Positions 26,673 to 35,983 of a DNA stretch of 64,000 bases are shown here, in pieces (position 1 is the stretch's first letter; the number at the start of each line of letters is the position of its first letter). The stretch lies in contig CANQMK010000001.1 in assembly GCA_947624895.1 (NCBI GenBank), positions 4,270-68,269 on the forward strand, written 5' to 3'. A program made the translations under genes and the position numbers. The DNA is from an uncultured Oscillospiraceae bacterium (GTDB lineage Bacteria > Bacillota > Clostridia > Oscillospirales > Oscillospiraceae). The notes beneath the pieces are model-generated. The model was not told where the DNA came from and did not search any database. It saw only the letters and a program-made list of their open reading frames with translations.

Positions 26673-26705
26673 CTTTTCAAAAATTCAAGTGATGAGGGTG
26701 AGATC

Positions 26706-26936
26706 ATGGACATGGATTATGCCAGACTCAATGTCGAGGTGACGCGTGTGGCCGGGAAACTGGGCGAGGCGGTCGTGGACGTGGCTGGGCCATCGGCGTT
26801 ACTACTGAACGGGCTGGCCACACTAATCTGGAAGTTGGCAAAAGAAATCGGCTGGGATCCGGAGGACTTGTGCGACGCGATGAAGCGCACCATGCGGGAG
26901 GACAGGATGGAGATAGAGAGGAGGAATTGTGAATGA
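26706..26936 (+). CDS. Hypothetical protein
   Basis: ORF with ATGA coupling to the next gene. Confidence 0.4.
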   Translation: MDMDYARLNVEVTRVAGKLGEAVVDVAGPSALLLNGLATLIWKLAKEIGWDPEDLCDAMKRTMREDRMEIERRNCE

Positions 26937-27790
26937 GCGAAAAGCAGGGAAAAAGATGGAGCTATGGCCGACTGACGACCGACCAGCCGGATGACAACGT
27001 CTCCCATGCTCTCAACCTGTTTTACGTCAAGGGCGGCGAAACGTGGGGCCGCAACTGCGGGATGGAGTTTGAGGACATCAAACTGACCGACCTTATTCGC
27101 CTCGCGGCGGCGAATGCCCTGCACATACAGGATTTTACCCTCCCTGCGGATGATCGGGACCTGGATTGTTTCATGGCGGATCTTGTGATGGATGTGCCGT
27201 ATTCGCCAGAGGGTATTCTCGGAATGCTCCACACTACCGCCTGGGGTTTCTCTGCGCTTCGCGAGAAGCTCAAACTCTACGAGGACACTGGGCTCACCCC
27301 GGAGGAGGTGGCCGCGCTCAAGGCGGGGCAGGCCAGGGCCGGGGCGAGGGATGAGGCCGGCCGCATGACGGTTGAGGACGCAATCAAACACCTGGACGAA
27401 TGCATCCCACGCCTCCGCGCCGATGGATGCGAGGGGTGCGCCCAAGAGCATGAGCAGCTTAAATTGTGGCTGGAGGAGTTGGTCGCTCTCCGTGCCCAGC
27501 AGAGGGTGAAGAGCCCTTGCTCCGCTTGTACGAGTTGTCCTGCACAACCCAAAGAGGCGGAAAAGGCCGAGCCGCTGACGCTGGAGGAATTGCGGCAGAT
27601 GGACGGCCAGCCAGTATGGGCAGAAGAACCTGACGGCTACAAACATTACTCCAGGTGGTGTTTGGTAGATTGCGCCTGGAAAAGCAAGGGACTTATCTAT
27701 CTGTGCTCCTCTCCGGGGCAGGTTATGCTTGAAACATTTATTTCCAATGGCGGAAAAATCTACCGACACCCTCCCAAGGAGGCTGAATGA
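26933..27790 (+). CDS. Hypothetical phage protein
   Basis: 285-aa ORF, high GC3, translationally coupled on both sides. Confidence 0.5.
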   Translation: MSEKQGKRWSYGRLTTDQPDDNVSHALNLFYVKGGETWGRNCGMEFEDIKLTDLIRLAAANALHIQDFTLPADDRDLDCFMADLVMDVPYSPEGILGMLHTTAWGFSALREKLKLYEDTGLTPEEVAALKAGQARAGARDEAGRMTVEDAIKHLDECIPRLRADGCEGCAQEHEQLKLWLEELVALRAQQRVKSPCSACTSCPAQPKEAEKAEPLTLEELRQMDGQPVWAEEPDGYKHYSRWCLVDCAWKSKGLIYLCSSPGQVMLETFISNGGKIYRHPPKEAE

Positions 27791-28068
27791 TGGAGCTGAG
27801 ACCTTGCCCGTTTTGTGGAGGTGAAGCCAAACTGAAGAAGGGGTTTCCAGGCAGACAAAATGGTAGGAAGCAAGCCCTGGTACAATGCCGCGCTTGCGGG
27901 TGTAGGACTCCCATGTTTTACCAGTACGAATATGAGTCGGTTTCAGACGTTTACGCTCATGCAGTCGAAGCCTGGAACCGCCGCACCCCGGGAGAACAAA
28001 CTGAAGATGGAGGAGGAAGACTGAGTATGAGACAGCATCAAGGAGGGGACGGACATGATCCAGTTTGA
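27787..28068 (+). CDS. Lar-family restriction alleviation protein
   Basis: LRPCPFCGGEAKL...VQCRACGC...AVEAWNRR signature. Confidence 0.6.
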   Translation: MMELRPCPFCGGEAKLKKGFPGRQNGRKQALVQCRACGCRTPMFYQYEYESVSDVYAHAVEAWNRRTPGEQTEDGGGRLSMRQHQGGDGHDPV

Positions 28069-28411
28069 GAAATACTACCTTTTCCCGGCCCAGGAGGTGG
28101 AGAGTATCTCCATCGGCGAAAACTCCGGCCTTAACACCTATCCCTTCCAACTGACAGTGTACCTCCGGAGTGGGCGTTCCCTTGGCGTGAGCTACAAGAC
28201 CAAGGAGGCCCGCGACAAGGCAAAAGCCTCTTTGGCGGCAAGAATCGACAACGAGCTGAACGGCACCGACCGCATCATGGACATCCAGTTAAGGGCCCAC
28301 GCCATTGAGGAGAACCTCCGGGGCGTGGAGAAGCGGCAACTCAAAATTGCCCGCATGGTAAGAAAACTACTTCCACCGACCGATGATGAGACGAAGGAGG
28401 ACGTGAAATGA
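28055..28411 (+). CDS. Hypothetical protein
   Basis: ORF in an operon of coupled genes. Confidence 0.45.
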   Translation: MIQFEKYYLFPAQEVESISIGENSGLNTYPFQLTVYLRSGRSLGVSYKTKEARDKAKASLAARIDNELNGTDRIMDIQLRAHAIEENLRGVEKRQLKIARMVRKLLPPTDDETKEDVK

Positions 28412-28614
28412 GCGCGCGACGAGAGCATAAACGGCGCTACTATCTACGGCTGGAGTACGAAGCTCAAATGTTACAGTATTGGGAGCTCGAGGAGCCGCCG
28501 AAGTGGCGGATCTTCTCCCGGCGCCGCTGGCGGGCGCAAAAGCCAGCGCCGAGCCAGAAGTGTGTGCGAAGGTGGCTGGAGAAAAAATTCAAGTTAAGGA
28601 GGAGTGGCGCATGA
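28408..28614 (+). CDS. Small basic protein
   Basis: ATGA coupling; Arg/Lys-rich. Confidence 0.4.
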   Translation: MSARREHKRRYYLRLEYEAQMLQYWELEEPPKWRIFSRRRWRAQKPAPSQKCVRRWLEKKFKLRRSGA

Positions 28615-28850
28615 TTGAAATCAACAATGGGGCAGGCAAGGACAGCGAAACCGCTATCCTCCACGTTGAGCTCAAGGATTGCAACCGCGACGGCGTCAAC
28701 GGTTCCGTGTCCGTCTGCGGGCCGGAAGATATGGTTTTGAGCGGCCTTAGCATGATGATCTCAGCGGTTGCCAACCATCTTGGTTGTACTTATAGAGACC
28801 TATGCTATGCCATATCAACACCCATACAAAGAAGGAAAGAGGGCTTATGA
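28611..28850 (+). CDS. Hypothetical protein
   Basis: ATG 28611 overlaps the upstream stop. Confidence 0.4.
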   Translation: MIEINNGAGKDSETAILHVELKDCNRDGVNGSVSVCGPEDMVLSGLSMMISAVANHLGCTYRDLCYAISTPIQRRKEGL

Positions 28851-29014
28851 TGGGTAGGCCTATCAAATACTGGACCCTTGGAGAAATCGTGGCAGAGTGC
28901 CATCGGCATGAGGAGTGCGGGAGGGACTGCCTGATCTACACCGGCTATGTCTGCGAAGCGGGCCGCATCACAGGAACGCCCCCGGATGAGTGGGGGATGG
29001 AGGAGGTACCATGA
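28847..29014 (+). CDS. Hypothetical small protein
   Basis: ATGATG start overlapping the upstream stop. Confidence 0.35.
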   Translation: MMGRPIKYWTLGEIVAECHRHEECGRDCLIYTGYVCEAGRITGTPPDEWGMEEVP

Positions 29015-29262
29015 CCAGAAAACGCTTTTGCAAGATGCTCATGTCACTTGGTGCCAGTAGGAATGAAGCGAATCGCTGGGCCGCACAGGTTGCGATGGGA
29101 TTTTCCTTTGACTATATGTACTTTCCTGCATCATTTAGCGTGACGTTTTTGCGGACGTGCACTTCTGTTTGTTCGGTTGAGATGCATTTTGTAATGGCGG
29201 AGCAACCTGTAATGCCGAACACGCATGATGTCGTTGGAGCCAAAACTGTGACGACCATTTAG
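29011..29262 (+). CDS. Hypothetical protein
   Basis: ATGA coupling; lower GC at the 3' end. Confidence 0.4.
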   Translation: MTRKRFCKMLMSLGASRNEANRWAAQVAMGFSFDYMYFPASFSVTFLRTCTSVCSVEMHFVMAEQPVMPNTHDVVGAKTVTTI

Positions 29263-29296
29263 ACGAAAGACACATTGAGAACGGGGGGTGACTAGC

Positions 29297-29707
29297 ATGA
29301 CGCTGCACGAACTGTCACAATATCATAAGCTCCTGGAGCGTCTGCACCGGGACAGGGAGATGTTGGCGTCGTTTGAGTCCAAAGCGCATCCCGGCGCCCA
29401 GGTCCTCACCGGGATGCCGCACACCCGCGGCGTCAGCGACAAGGTGGGCGACCTGGCCGTGGAGATCGCCGACCTGAAAGACCAGATCGCCTGGCTCCAG
29501 GGGGAGATCGAGCGGAGGCGAGGCCAGGTGACGGAGTTCATCAGCGCCATCGAGAACGACCAGACCCGCATGATCTTCCGGCTCCGCTTTCTCCGTTGCC
29601 TCACCTGGGGCGAGGTTGCCGATGTCATCGGTGGCCGGAACACCGAGGACGGCGTGAAAAAGGCCTGTTACCGATACCTCCGGGCAATCGGTGTCGATGT
29701 TGCCTGA
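29297..29707 (+). CDS. DUF1492-type sigma-region-4-like late regulator
   Basis: LTGMPH...D....I.DL...I...RLRFLRCLTWGEVA pattern typical of DUF1492/ArpU-like activators upstream of packaging genes. Confidence 0.6.
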   Translation: MTLHELSQYHKLLERLHRDREMLASFESKAHPGAQVLTGMPHTRGVSDKVGDLAVEIADLKDQIAWLQGEIERRRGQVTEFISAIENDQTRMIFRLRFLRCLTWGEVADVIGGRNTEDGVKKACYRYLRAIGVDVA

Positions 29708-29785
29708 AAGTTGTCCCGCCATGTCCTTGTGGTTCCCGGCGATATGTGTCAGAATGGCACCTGTAAAATCCTACATCAAGCCAGG

Positions 29786-29817
29786 CTGCCACCCTTCGGG
29801 GTGGCAGTCATTCTTTT
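29786..29817 (+). terminator. Intrinsic terminator
   Basis: CTGCCACCC-TTCG-GGGTGGCAG followed by TCATTCTTTT. Confidence 0.75.
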
Positions 29818-29927
29818 GGGAAGGAGGTTTTGGCCGCCGTGTTACTCCTTGCGCGGTGGGCCGGCGCCGGGTCTGGTGGACGCCAACACCAGACAGCGGA
29901 CGCACACAACAAAGGAGGAAAACCATC

Positions 29928-30932
29928 GTGTTTTCGCGCATCAAAAGCAAGTTCAAGCAGAACCCCACCGCATACTATGCCCTCAGCATAGCGGCATCGT
30001 GGGCCGGCGCCGGGTCACTTATGAACTCGACCACGCTGGCCAACACGCTGGGCGTTGTCCCGGCGCTTATCTGGTGTATCTTCAACACCCTGGCCTGCAT
30101 CGTCTTCGGGCTGGTCATTTGGAAACTGCCTACGGTCAGGGAGATCATGCGGACGAAGCCGTGCCGCCTGGTGCTGGCCTTGTTCAGCATTTTCCAGATC
30201 TGGCTGTGCATGACGGCCATCTCCGAGGCGTGGGCCTCCACGCCGCTGGGCCAGGTGGGTGGCATGATATTGACCTACGCTGTCACGCTGGGCTTCATCA
30301 TGGCGCTGTATCGCCGCGGCATTATCGCCAACATCATGACGGACAACGGCGGCATGTGGGTCATATACGCTCTGGTGGTCGCCCTGTACCTCGCCTCTGT
30401 GGTGATCGCCGGCAACAAGGTGGTGGACCTCCCGGCAGGGATGGAGACCGGAAACCTGTTGCAAGGGCTGTATAAGGGGTTGCTGTTACTGCCTGGGCCG
30501 TTTACCTATCCCTACTTCTTCAAGCTCCTGGACTACAACGAGCGCAACGAGGAGCAGGTCAGCCGTGTGGACATTACCAAGGCGTTCATTTACGGCGGGA
30601 TCGGCTTTGGCGTCTATTTGTTCTTTGCGTTCTCCCTGATTTTCACCGGGCTGTCCCCGGCGCTCAACATCTGCAAGGCGGTGTTGCTCTCTGCGCTGGC
30701 CATTTCCTCGCTTTCTTCCTTCGTCTACTCGGAGTTTGCCGTGTTTGGCAGAGGGGTGGGGCTTGGCATCAACCTCTTTTCCCTGGCTTTTTGGGCCTGG
30801 GTCGCCCCGCTGGGGGTGATGGGCGTTTGGACGCTCATGGCCGAGAGCAGGGTCTACCTGATCGTCGCCATCCTCCTCGCCGCCCTTATTAAGAGGGTCG
30901 TCGACAGGAGAAGGGGGGCGGCGGTCAAATGA
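29928..30932 (+). CDS. Polytopic membrane protein, transporter-like (about 10 TM, SSS/LeuT-like N-terminal motif)
   Basis: GTG 29928, 9 nt after AAAGGAGG. Hydrophobic spans throughout. ALSIAASWAGAGSLMNS resembles SSS TM2. Confidence 0.55.
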   Translation: MFSRIKSKFKQNPTAYYALSIAASWAGAGSLMNSTTLANTLGVVPALIWCIFNTLACIVFGLVIWKLPTVREIMRTKPCRLVLALFSIFQIWLCMTAISEAWASTPLGQVGGMILTYAVTLGFIMALYRRGIIANIMTDNGGMWVIYALVVALYLASVVIAGNKVVDLPAGMETGNLLQGLYKGLLLLPGPFTYPYFFKLLDYNERNEEQVSRVDITKAFIYGGIGFGVYLFFAFSLIFTGLSPALNICKAVLLSALAISSLSSFVYSEFAVFGRGVGLGINLFSLAFWAWVAPLGVMGVWTLMAESRVYLIVAILLAALIKRVVDRRRGAAVK

Positions 30933-31528
30933 AGATCGTCAAGAAGTCCCTGACCGACCTCCACCCGCCCGAGCGGAATATCCGCAAGCACACCGACAAG
31001 CAGATCGCCGAGTATGTCCGTTCTCTGGAGATGTTCGGTCAAATCAAGCCTGTTGTCATTGACGAGGCCGGGGAGATCATCGCCGGGAATGGCCTCTACC
31101 TGGCCCTTGTCCAGATGGGGGCCAAGGAGTGCGACTGCTACATCATCTCCGGGATGACCGAGGCCCAGAAGAAAAAGCTCATGATGGCCGATAACCGGGT
31201 CTACGAGCTGGGCATCACCGACATGGACGCCTTTGAGGAGATCATCAAGTCTCTGGACGGTGACGTTGATGTGCCCGGCTGGGATGCCGACCTCCTGGAC
31301 ATGATGAACGCCGCCGCTGCCGACGTAGATGATATGGTCAGCGGCTACGGCGCCTTTGATCAGGGCGATGTGGACAAGGTATCGGAGCGGCCCGCCGCTT
31401 CCACCGGCGGACAGCAACCCACTCCGCCCCAGCCCGCCGGCGAGGCGCCGCAGGATGCGATCGCCGAAAAGCCCGGGGTGGAGAAGTTCATCACCTGCCC
31501 GAAATGCGGTGAGCGGATATGCCTCTAA
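30929..31528 (+). CDS. ParB/Srx N-terminal domain protein with C-terminal zinc knuckle
   Basis: LHPPERNIRKH...IIAGNGLYLAL; C-terminus CPKCGERIC. ATGA coupling to the membrane protein gene. Confidence 0.65.
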   Translation: MKIVKKSLTDLHPPERNIRKHTDKQIAEYVRSLEMFGQIKPVVIDEAGEIIAGNGLYLALVQMGAKECDCYIISGMTEAQKKKLMMADNRVYELGITDMDAFEEIIKSLDGDVDVPGWDADLLDMMNAAAADVDDMVSGYGAFDQGDVDKVSERPAASTGGQQPTPPQPAGEAPQDAIAEKPGVEKFITCPKCGERICL

Positions 31529-32661
31529 AGAAGCTGACCAGCAGCATCAATGTGCTGGACGCCGCCAAGACCCGCATCAAGAACCTGTTTTCCACCGGCG
31601 TGAAGGTGTATCTCTCCTTTTCGTGCGGTAAGGATAGCTTGTGCCTGTCCAGCCTGACATACGACCTTATCATGGCCGGGGAGATCGACCCCAAGCAACT
31701 CACCATCGTCTTCATCGACGAGGAGGGCCTTTACACCTCCATGGTGGACGCCGCCCACCGCTGGCGAAAGAAGTTTGCCTCGGTGGGCGTACCGTTTCTG
31801 TGGTTTTGCCTGCCGTTCAAGCAGGTGTCTGTGCTGGACCACCTGACCACCTCGGAGAGCTGGATAACCTGGGAACCCGGAAAAGAGGATGAGTGGATCA
31901 GGAAGCCACCGCCTTTTGCCATCATGTCCCACCCGGTGCTTCACTACCCGGGGGAGATGAACTACCAGACCTTCTGCCGGAGGGCGTTTTCCGATGGGGT
32001 GCAGATGATAGGGCTTCGAACGTCGGAGTCCTTGACCCGCCTCCAAGTCCTTGCCCGGTTGGACATGACAAAGGTGACACCCGGCGGGGCGTTCTACCCC
32101 ATCTACGACTGGCGGGACAAGGACATCTGGCTCTACATCCGGGAGCGCAACCTGGAATTCCCGGAGATCTACATGAGGCTCTATGAGGCCGGGGTGAAGA
32201 AGAACAACCTCCGGCTCTGTGCCTTCTTCGGGGACTGCGGTACCCAGGGCCTCCGCTGGATCGCCGAAACGGACAACGAGCTTTGGCAGCGTATCGAGCG
32301 CCGGGAGCCAAACGCCTACCTGGTGCTACTCTATTGGAACAGCGAGATGTTCCGCCGCTCCAGCGATAAGCGCAAGGAGCTGGAGGAGGGCCAGGCCAAG
32401 AAGGACTACAAGGCCCTCTGCAAAGACATCCTGTTCCTGAACACGGACAAGTACACCATCGCCTCGGACACGAAGAAGAACCTCCGTAGCTGGCGTGGGC
32501 TTTTCATCAAGACCTACGGCGTGGCCCAGGAGAAGCACTACAAGCGGATGTACGAGGGGCTTCTGTACGGAGACCCCAAGATGCGCATACTCCGCATCCT
32601 CTGGACGCAGATATACAACGACTACAACCCGAAGAAGAAGGTGAAACGGCATGGAGATTGA
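31519..32661 (+). CDS. IbrA-like PAPS-reductase-superfamily PP-loop protein (DUF3440-type)
   Basis: PP-loop SFSCGKDS; 380 aa; followed by an IbrB-like ParB gene. Confidence 0.6.
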   Translation: MPLKKLTSSINVLDAAKTRIKNLFSTGVKVYLSFSCGKDSLCLSSLTYDLIMAGEIDPKQLTIVFIDEEGLYTSMVDAAHRWRKKFASVGVPFLWFCLPFKQVSVLDHLTTSESWITWEPGKEDEWIRKPPPFAIMSHPVLHYPGEMNYQTFCRRAFSDGVQMIGLRTSESLTRLQVLARLDMTKVTPGGAFYPIYDWRDKDIWLYIRERNLEFPEIYMRLYEAGVKKNNLRLCAFFGDCGTQGLRWIAETDNELWQRIERREPNAYLVLLYWNSEMFRRSSDKRKELEEGQAKKDYKALCKDILFLNTDKYTIASDTKKNLRSWRGLFIKTYGVAQEKHYKRMYEGLLYGDPKMRILRILWTQIYNDYNPKKKVKRHGD

Positions 32662-33175
32662 CGTCTTCTCCCCGCTCGCCTCCCTCCAATGGGTGAGCCG
32701 GGATAAGCTGCGCGCAAATGACTACAACCCCAACAAGGTCAGCGAGGACAACCTGCAGCTCCTCACCCAGTCCATCCTGACCAACGGCTGGACGCTCCCC
32801 ATCGTGGTGCGCCCGGACTACACCATCATCGACGGTTTCCACCGCTGGACGGTATCAGGGCGTGAACCGCTCCTGACAAAGCTGGGAGGGAAAGTTCCTG
32901 TGGTCATTGTCGACCACGGAGAGGACAGCTCGGCCGATGTCTATGGCACCATCACCCACAACAGGGCAAGAGGAACGCATCTGCTCGAACCTATGAAGGC
33001 CATCGTGAAGAAGCTCATGGACGAGGGCAAGAGCGTACAGGAGATCGGGAAACAACTGGGAATGAAACCAGAAGAAGTCTTCCGGCTCTCCGATTTCACC
33101 AGGGATGAGTTCCTGGCCCTCATGACCAAAGGGGTGCGTGGATACAGCAAAGCGGAGGTCGTCGTGAAGGTATAG
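32651..33175 (+). CDS. IbrB-like ParB/Srx domain protein
   Basis: L..NDYNPN.V....L..L..SI...G...PIVV....IIDGFHRW. Confidence 0.6.
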   Translation: MEIDVFSPLASLQWVSRDKLRANDYNPNKVSEDNLQLLTQSILTNGWTLPIVVRPDYTIIDGFHRWTVSGREPLLTKLGGKVPVVIVDHGEDSSADVYGTITHNRARGTHLLEPMKAIVKKLMDEGKSVQEIGKQLGMKPEEVFRLSDFTRDEFLALMTKGVRGYSKAEVVVKV

Positions 33176-33468
33176 AGACAGAGGGACAACAGGAGAGGGC
33201 GTAGGGGCCGCTTAGGGCGGCTTCTACGCTCTCCCCATGGTTACACATACCCAACAGGCTGAATGGACGCTCCTGGGCGTTGCAACCCCAAACAGGGGCA
33301 CAGCGGACGCCATCGACCGAAAAAAGGTACTGTGACGGGGCGGCCCCATTGGTTGCGGGCGCTTCGACCCCGAAATTCGTGTAGTTAGTGGGGGCAAAAA
33401 TGGGGTGTTTCCGTTCCAGAACGGATGCCACTATGGACAAAACGGCACAGAGAGGGGAGGGAAAAGGT

Positions 33469-34032
33469 ATGGCAGAGGCGAGGATTACGCCCGATACAGA
33501 GGTCAGCACTACGGAGCTGGCCTGTGTCTTGGGCATAACCGGGCGGCGTGTTCGCCAGTTGGCCGAGGACGGCCAGCTCGAAAGGACCGGCAAGGGGGTC
33601 TTCAACTTGGCCGCCTCTGTTCAGCGGTACATCGCCGGTCAGTCCAGGCCGACCACCAGCGAGGAAGAGGCCAAGATGGAAAAGGGCAAGCGCCAGGCCG
33701 AGGTCACGCTGAAAGCGGCAAAGGCGGAGATGGCCCGGTTGGAGATGAAGGAGCTCCAGGGCAAGATGCACCGCGCCGAGGACGTGAAGGCCATGACAGA
33801 GGACTTGGTCTACACCACCCGCTCCGCATTGATGGCCCTGCCCGGCCGCCTGGCGGTGGATGTGTGCGCCGCACAGACTGCCGCCGAAGCCTCCGAGATC
33901 ATCCGTAGGGAGGTCGCCCTGGTCATGAGGGAGTTGGCCAGTTACCGCTATGACCCCAAGAAATACGAGGAGCGGGTGCGGGAGCGGCGAAGCTGGGACA
34001 CCGGGCAGGGGCGTGATGACGATGACGACTGA
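33469..34032 (+). CDS. Terminase small subunit (Nu1-like HTH)
   Basis: N-terminal HTH STTELACVLGITGRRVRQLAEDG; position before GpA-type TerL. Confidence 0.6.
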   Translation: MAEARITPDTEVSTTELACVLGITGRRVRQLAEDGQLERTGKGVFNLAASVQRYIAGQSRPTTSEEEAKMEKGKRQAEVTLKAAKAEMARLEMKELQGKMHRAEDVKAMTEDLVYTTRSALMALPGRLAVDVCAAQTAAEASEIIRREVALVMRELASYRYDPKKYEERVRERRSWDTGQGRDDDDD

Positions 34033-35968
34033 ACTTGACGCCATCCGTCTAAACCGGGTCATCGCCGAAGTAATGGCCGGAATGCAGCCACCCGCCAACC
34101 TGACCGTGAGCCAGTGGGCCGAGAAGCGGCGCCGCCTCTCCACCGAGAGCAGCGCAGAGCCAGGGCCGTGGCGCACCTCCCGGACGCCCTACCTCCGGGA
34201 GCCTATGGACGCCTTCACCGACGCCAAAGTGCGGCACATCGTCATGGTGGCCGCGTCCCAGGTCGGCAAGAGCGAGTTTCTCAATAACGGCATCGGATAC
34301 ATCATCGACGAGGATCCTGGCTCCATCCTGTTCGTCCACCCGACGACCATTGACGCCAAGGAATACTCCAAACTGCGGATTGCCCCGATGATACGGGACT
34401 GCCCGACGCTGCGGAAGAAGGTGTCCGACCCCAAGAGCCGGGACAGCTCAAACACGATCCTGCAAAAGACATACCCCGGCGGCATCCTGACCATGTGCGG
34501 CTCCACCGAGGCCCACGCCCTGGCATCCAAGCCGATCCGCTATGTATTCGGCGACGAGCGTGACCGATGGGCGACGAGCGCCGGCAACGAGGGCGACCCC
34601 TGGGATCTGGCCATGGCCAGACAGACCACCTTCTACAACGCCAAGGCTGTAGAAGTCAGCACCCCGACCATCAAGAACGCCAGCGCCATCGAGGCCGCCT
34701 ATGCGACCGGCACGATGGAGCGGTGGAAGTCCCGCTGCCCCCATTGCGGCGAATACCACGAAATCCAGTGGGCGGACATCCGCTTTGAATATGACGAGGT
34801 GGTGGTGGCCGGCAAGACCACCTACAAGATCAAGTCGGTCTACTATGTCTGCCCCGGGTGCGGGTGCGTGTCCGACGAGCAGACCATGAAGCGCCAGCCC
34901 GCGCGCTGGGAGGCGGACAACCCCGACGCCTATGAGCAGGGGACGCGCTCTTTCTGGCTCAATGCCTTTGTCAGCCAGTGGGCCACCTGGTCGTCCATCG
35001 TCCTGAAGTTTCTGAATGCCACCGGCAGCAGCAAAAAGCTACAGGTCGTCTACAACACCTGCTTCGGCCAGCTCTGGGAGGACCGGGGCGATCTGGAGGA
35101 TGAGGACAGCCTGATGGCCCGCCGGGAGATGTACGGCGTGGACGCCGAGGGGAACCCCGTGGACGAACTGCCCGACGGTGTGCTGGTGCTGACCGCCGGG
35201 GTGGACACCCAGGATGATCGCATGGAGTACGAGATCATCGGCCACGGCCATTTTGGGGAGACCTGGGGCTTGGAGGTCGGGGTGGTCATGGGCCGCCCGG
35301 ATGACCCCGCCGTGTGGGAGAAACTGGACGCCCTGGTTTTTGACCGGGTGCTCCACTTCCGGGACGGCCTGGGGCTGAAGATGAGCATCAGCTTCGTGGA
35401 TGAGGGCGGGCACTTCACCCAGGAGGTGCGGCAGTTCTGCCGCGCCCGACAGGGCAAGAAGGTGTTTGCCGTCAAGGGTATGCCCGGCCCGGATAGGCCC
35501 TACACCAGCCCGCCCAAGAAGATGAAGATCGTGGTCCGTCAGGTGGTCGTCGGGACCTGCTGGCAGTATCAGATCGGGGTAGACGCCGGGAAGCAGATCA
35601 TCATGGACAACCTGCGGGTGCAGACCCCCGGCCCGAAATACTGTCACTTTCCCCGGCGGGACGACTACGGCTCCGCCTACTTCACTGGCCTGCTCTCCGA
35701 GCGGCTGGAGTACGACGCCGCCAAGAAGCAACCTTGGATTTGGAAGAAGATCCCCGGCCATGAGCGCAACGAGCGGTTGGACTGCCGCAACTATGGCATG
35801 GCGGCCTTCAAGGTTCTCCCGAAAGACCTTGACGACATCGACCGCAAGCTGAAGGCCGCGCGGGGACAGCACGCCACGGATGGCGCCCCGGCCGTGGCGG
35901 CGACACCAAAGCGCAAGAAGCGCAAGAGATCCGGGGGCGGTATAGACAAATACTTTGACGCCTGGTAA
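34016..35968 (+). CDS. Terminase large subunit, lambda GpA family
   Basis: Walker A ASQVGKSE, TVSQWAE..R.L, RCPHCG zinc motif; 650 aa. Confidence 0.85.
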   Translation: MTMTTELDAIRLNRVIAEVMAGMQPPANLTVSQWAEKRRRLSTESSAEPGPWRTSRTPYLREPMDAFTDAKVRHIVMVAASQVGKSEFLNNGIGYIIDEDPGSILFVHPTTIDAKEYSKLRIAPMIRDCPTLRKKVSDPKSRDSSNTILQKTYPGGILTMCGSTEAHALASKPIRYVFGDERDRWATSAGNEGDPWDLAMARQTTFYNAKAVEVSTPTIKNASAIEAAYATGTMERWKSRCPHCGEYHEIQWADIRFEYDEVVVAGKTTYKIKSVYYVCPGCGCVSDEQTMKRQPARWEADNPDAYEQGTRSFWLNAFVSQWATWSSIVLKFLNATGSSKKLQVVYNTCFGQLWEDRGDLEDEDSLMARREMYGVDAEGNPVDELPDGVLVLTAGVDTQDDRMEYEIIGHGHFGETWGLEVGVVMGRPDDPAVWEKLDALVFDRVLHFRDGLGLKMSISFVDEGGHFTQEVRQFCRARQGKKVFAVKGMPGPDRPYTSPPKKMKIVVRQVVVGTCWQYQIGVDAGKQIIMDNLRVQTPGPKYCHFPRRDDYGSAYFTGLLSERLEYDAAKKQPWIWKKIPGHERNERLDCRNYGMAAFKVLPKDLDDIDRKLKAARGQHATDGAPAVAATPKRKKRKRSGGGIDKYFDAW

Positions 35969-35983
35969 CGGAGGGTGAGAGGT

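Noticed and set aside
29711-30475. 254-aa plus-strand ORF overlapping the transporter-like gene in another frame
   Set aside because: The product is Arg/His/Gly/Pro-rich. The alternative frame (29928-30932) gives coherent transmembrane segments and has an RBS.
33330-33385. tRNA-like 3' fragment (GGTTGCGGGCGCTTCGACCCC)
   Set aside because: There is no full cloverleaf, the T-loop is imperfect, and no acceptor stem could be paired.
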